Shown: one piece after another, positions 61,675-64,000 of the stretch
Numbering within the stretch: the stretch's first letter is position 1
How the letters are laid out: each line of letters starts with the position of its first letter
Assembly (NCBI GenBank): GCA_021613535.1
Contig: CP075493.1
Span: 5,208,001-5,272,000 of the forward strand
Source: Adineta vaga
Taxonomy: Eukaryota > Animalia > Rotifera
Direction: 5' to 3'
Length of the DNA: 64,000 bases
The notes under the pieces: generated by a model
Told to the model about the DNA's origin: nothing
Databases searched by the model: none
Seen by the model: the letters and a program-made list of their open reading frames with translations, nothing else
Position numbers and translations under genes: made by a program

Positions 61675-64000
61675 ATGTCGTCTACGAGTCATTTGACCGT
61701 GGCTCCGACTAGCGAGGCAAAAGACGATAAACGCCAAACCAGTAACGATTCACGCAATTTACGTTGTGGTGGTTCATCTCATCTATTACGACTGTCATCA
61801 CCTCCTACAACTAATTCGAAATATCTCTACTATGTAAACGTTGAACCAACTCGGAAGCTATCGACAACAACAACAGCATTACTAACAACAACGAATACAT
61901 TCAATTCTTCTCGAAAATTAAGTGGTATTTCATTACCAGTTCCTTGGTATAAGCGCGCACGGACACCTAGTGACGAAAAACTTCCACAAAAAACACAGAA
62001 AATGTCTCGAGATCGTTTACTTCCACTTGATAAATTATTTCATACTAGTACTCATACGGGCACAACGACTACGACTACAGATGAAGATCAGACTTCACCA
62101 GTCAATGAATTAATTCCTTTTGATGAACCTATTAAACTAAATGAAAAAAATATGCAAAAAATCAAAGAAAATGGTTGTGTAAATAATTCATCACATATTA
62201 TGACAAGGTGAGAAGAAGAAAAAAAACAGTTTAATTAGAATATATCGTTTGTTTCTTTTTCTTTCTCTTTAAAGAATTACATCGTGACTAGGCTAGTTTT
62301 GAGTGATACTCAAAGATGTTGAAAACTAATGAGAAAATCGACATTTACGTTTTCTTTTTCTTCGCCTAATACCAAAAAGAAACGACGACTACTATTATCT
62401 TTGTCATGTAGTTGTTCTTTACGGAAATGTTATTACTATTTTTTCCTGTGCTAATAGAATGTTGAAGTACTAATAACAAATTTATGACCATTTCCTTTTT
62501 TATTTTTTTCATTTAGATTGCAATATACAACAAAAGGTACCAAAGCATTACGTTTATTAGGTGATGGTGGTCGAAAACATAATGATGATTCTCGACAAGA
62601 TCAAACCTATAATCCTAATGATTCTTTCCGAGCGAAAAATGTCAAAAGTGGAAGTAATCAGCGTCGTCTTCTTTTAAAAAATGGCGAAGTTAATATATCC
62701 AGGTTCGTTTTTCAGATTTCCATTCGGAAATAGATCTGTATTAACTAACATACTATTGATTATCCTAAAAAAATCAATTAACCTAAATCATTAGGACAAA
62801 ATTGTAAATATTCTTTTGATCTTTTCTTTTATTCTTTGAACAAACAAAGCAAAAGCAGCGTAATATAATCGGTTTATAATGTAATCCTATTAAAACTTCT
62901 CATCATACATAAATTTTAAAATAAAAGAAAAAACATCAACTGTAGTTTTGTTCTTCTTAGATTTAATATTGAAAAACGTCGTCGTCAATATTTAGCAGAT
63001 ATCTTTACAACATTAATCGATTTGAAATGGCGTTATACATTATGTTTATTTACTCTGGGCTTTTGTTTAAGTTGGTTAGCATTTGCATTAATATGGTATC
63101 TGTTAATGTATTCCTATGGAGATTTTCATCCGGATAATTATAACTCAGCGAACTATTCTGTCTGTATTGCTGGTGTCCATTCATTTGCTGGTGCATTACT
63201 TTTTTCAATCGAAACACAACAAACTATCGGTTATGGTACCCGTGTTGTTAAAGAAACTTGTTATTTCGCTATTATTGTTATCATGTTACAATCGAGTATT
63301 GGAGTTTTATTACAATCATTTATGGTCGGCGTTGTCTTTGCGAAAATTTCTCGACCAAAAAAACGTACAGAAACTTTAATCTGGTCACGTGAAGCAGTTA
63401 TATGTTTACGTGATGGTCAAATGACTTTACAATGTCGTGTTGGTGACATGCGTAAATCACATATTGTTGAAGCACATGTTCGAATGTATTTAATAAAGAA
63501 ACGTGTGACTTTAGAAGGAGAAATTCTTCCATTACATACATATGATATGAATGTCGGTTTTGATAAAGGTGCTGATCGTTTATTTCTTATCTGGCCACTA
63601 GTTGTTGAACATATCATCGATGAACAATCACCATTGTATGAGATTAGTCGTGCGGATTTAATTCAACAACGTTTTGAATTAGTTGTTATACTTGAAGGTA
63701 TCATTGAATCAACAGGTATGACAACACAGGCACGAACATCTTATTTACCATCAGAAATCTTATGGGGTTATCGTTTTGAACGTTTAATCACATTTCAACG
63801 TGATGATGGTCTATATCGTATCGATTATTCACGTTTTAATCTAAGTTATCCAGTTGATATGATTACATGTAGTGCTAAAGAATTAAAAGATTTACATGAA
63901 TTAGAAAAATTACATGAACATAATCAAAATAATCATAACAATACTAATGAAAATGACAATGAAAATGATAATGATACGAATGACGTCAATTGCTCGAAAA
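61675..64000 (+). CDS. Inward-rectifier potassium channel (Kir), 3'-partial
   Basis: RLLLKNGEVNI, YLADIFTTLIDLKWR, pore FSIETQQTIGYG, VFAKISRPKKR, RVGDMRKSHIV and VILEGIIESTGMTTQARTSYLP. The frame is open to the window end. Confidence 0.95.

Noticed and set aside
63300-63340. Gln rather than Asp at the Kir TM2 rectification position (LLQSFMVG)
   Set aside because: This is usual for invertebrate Irk-type channels, so it is not novel.

Overview
This is AT-rich, gene-dense eukaryotic (animal) DNA with many ~50-60 nt GT-AG introns. Composition, intron size and gene content suggest a bdelloid rotifer (inference). The ORF track mostly shows exon fragments, so genes were rebuilt by hand from splice signals; exon boundaries are approximate. 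From left to right: the right end of a Ginger-like integrase DNA transposon; a secreted orphan protein with a collagen tail; an HMGB-type gene divergent from an SLC36 transporter; BSDC1; a GPCR; a stand-alone EMI-domain protein; two tandem NK2.1 homeobox genes; MORN4; FBXL13; a SapA-RNase T2-TM fusion; a small lectin-like membrane protein; two CPVL carboxypeptidases, one nested antisense in an intron of a two-domain receptor PTP; three tandem extended-Tudor genes; KANK; and a Kir channel running off the right edge. The most notable items are the nested CPVL/PTP architecture, patchwork identity between the CPVL paralogs, the Tudor cluster with a shared tail motif, the orphan-collagen protein and an inverted pair of NK2 sites between the NK2.1 genes. 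No prokaryotic-type system, rRNA, tRNA or CRISPR array was seen.
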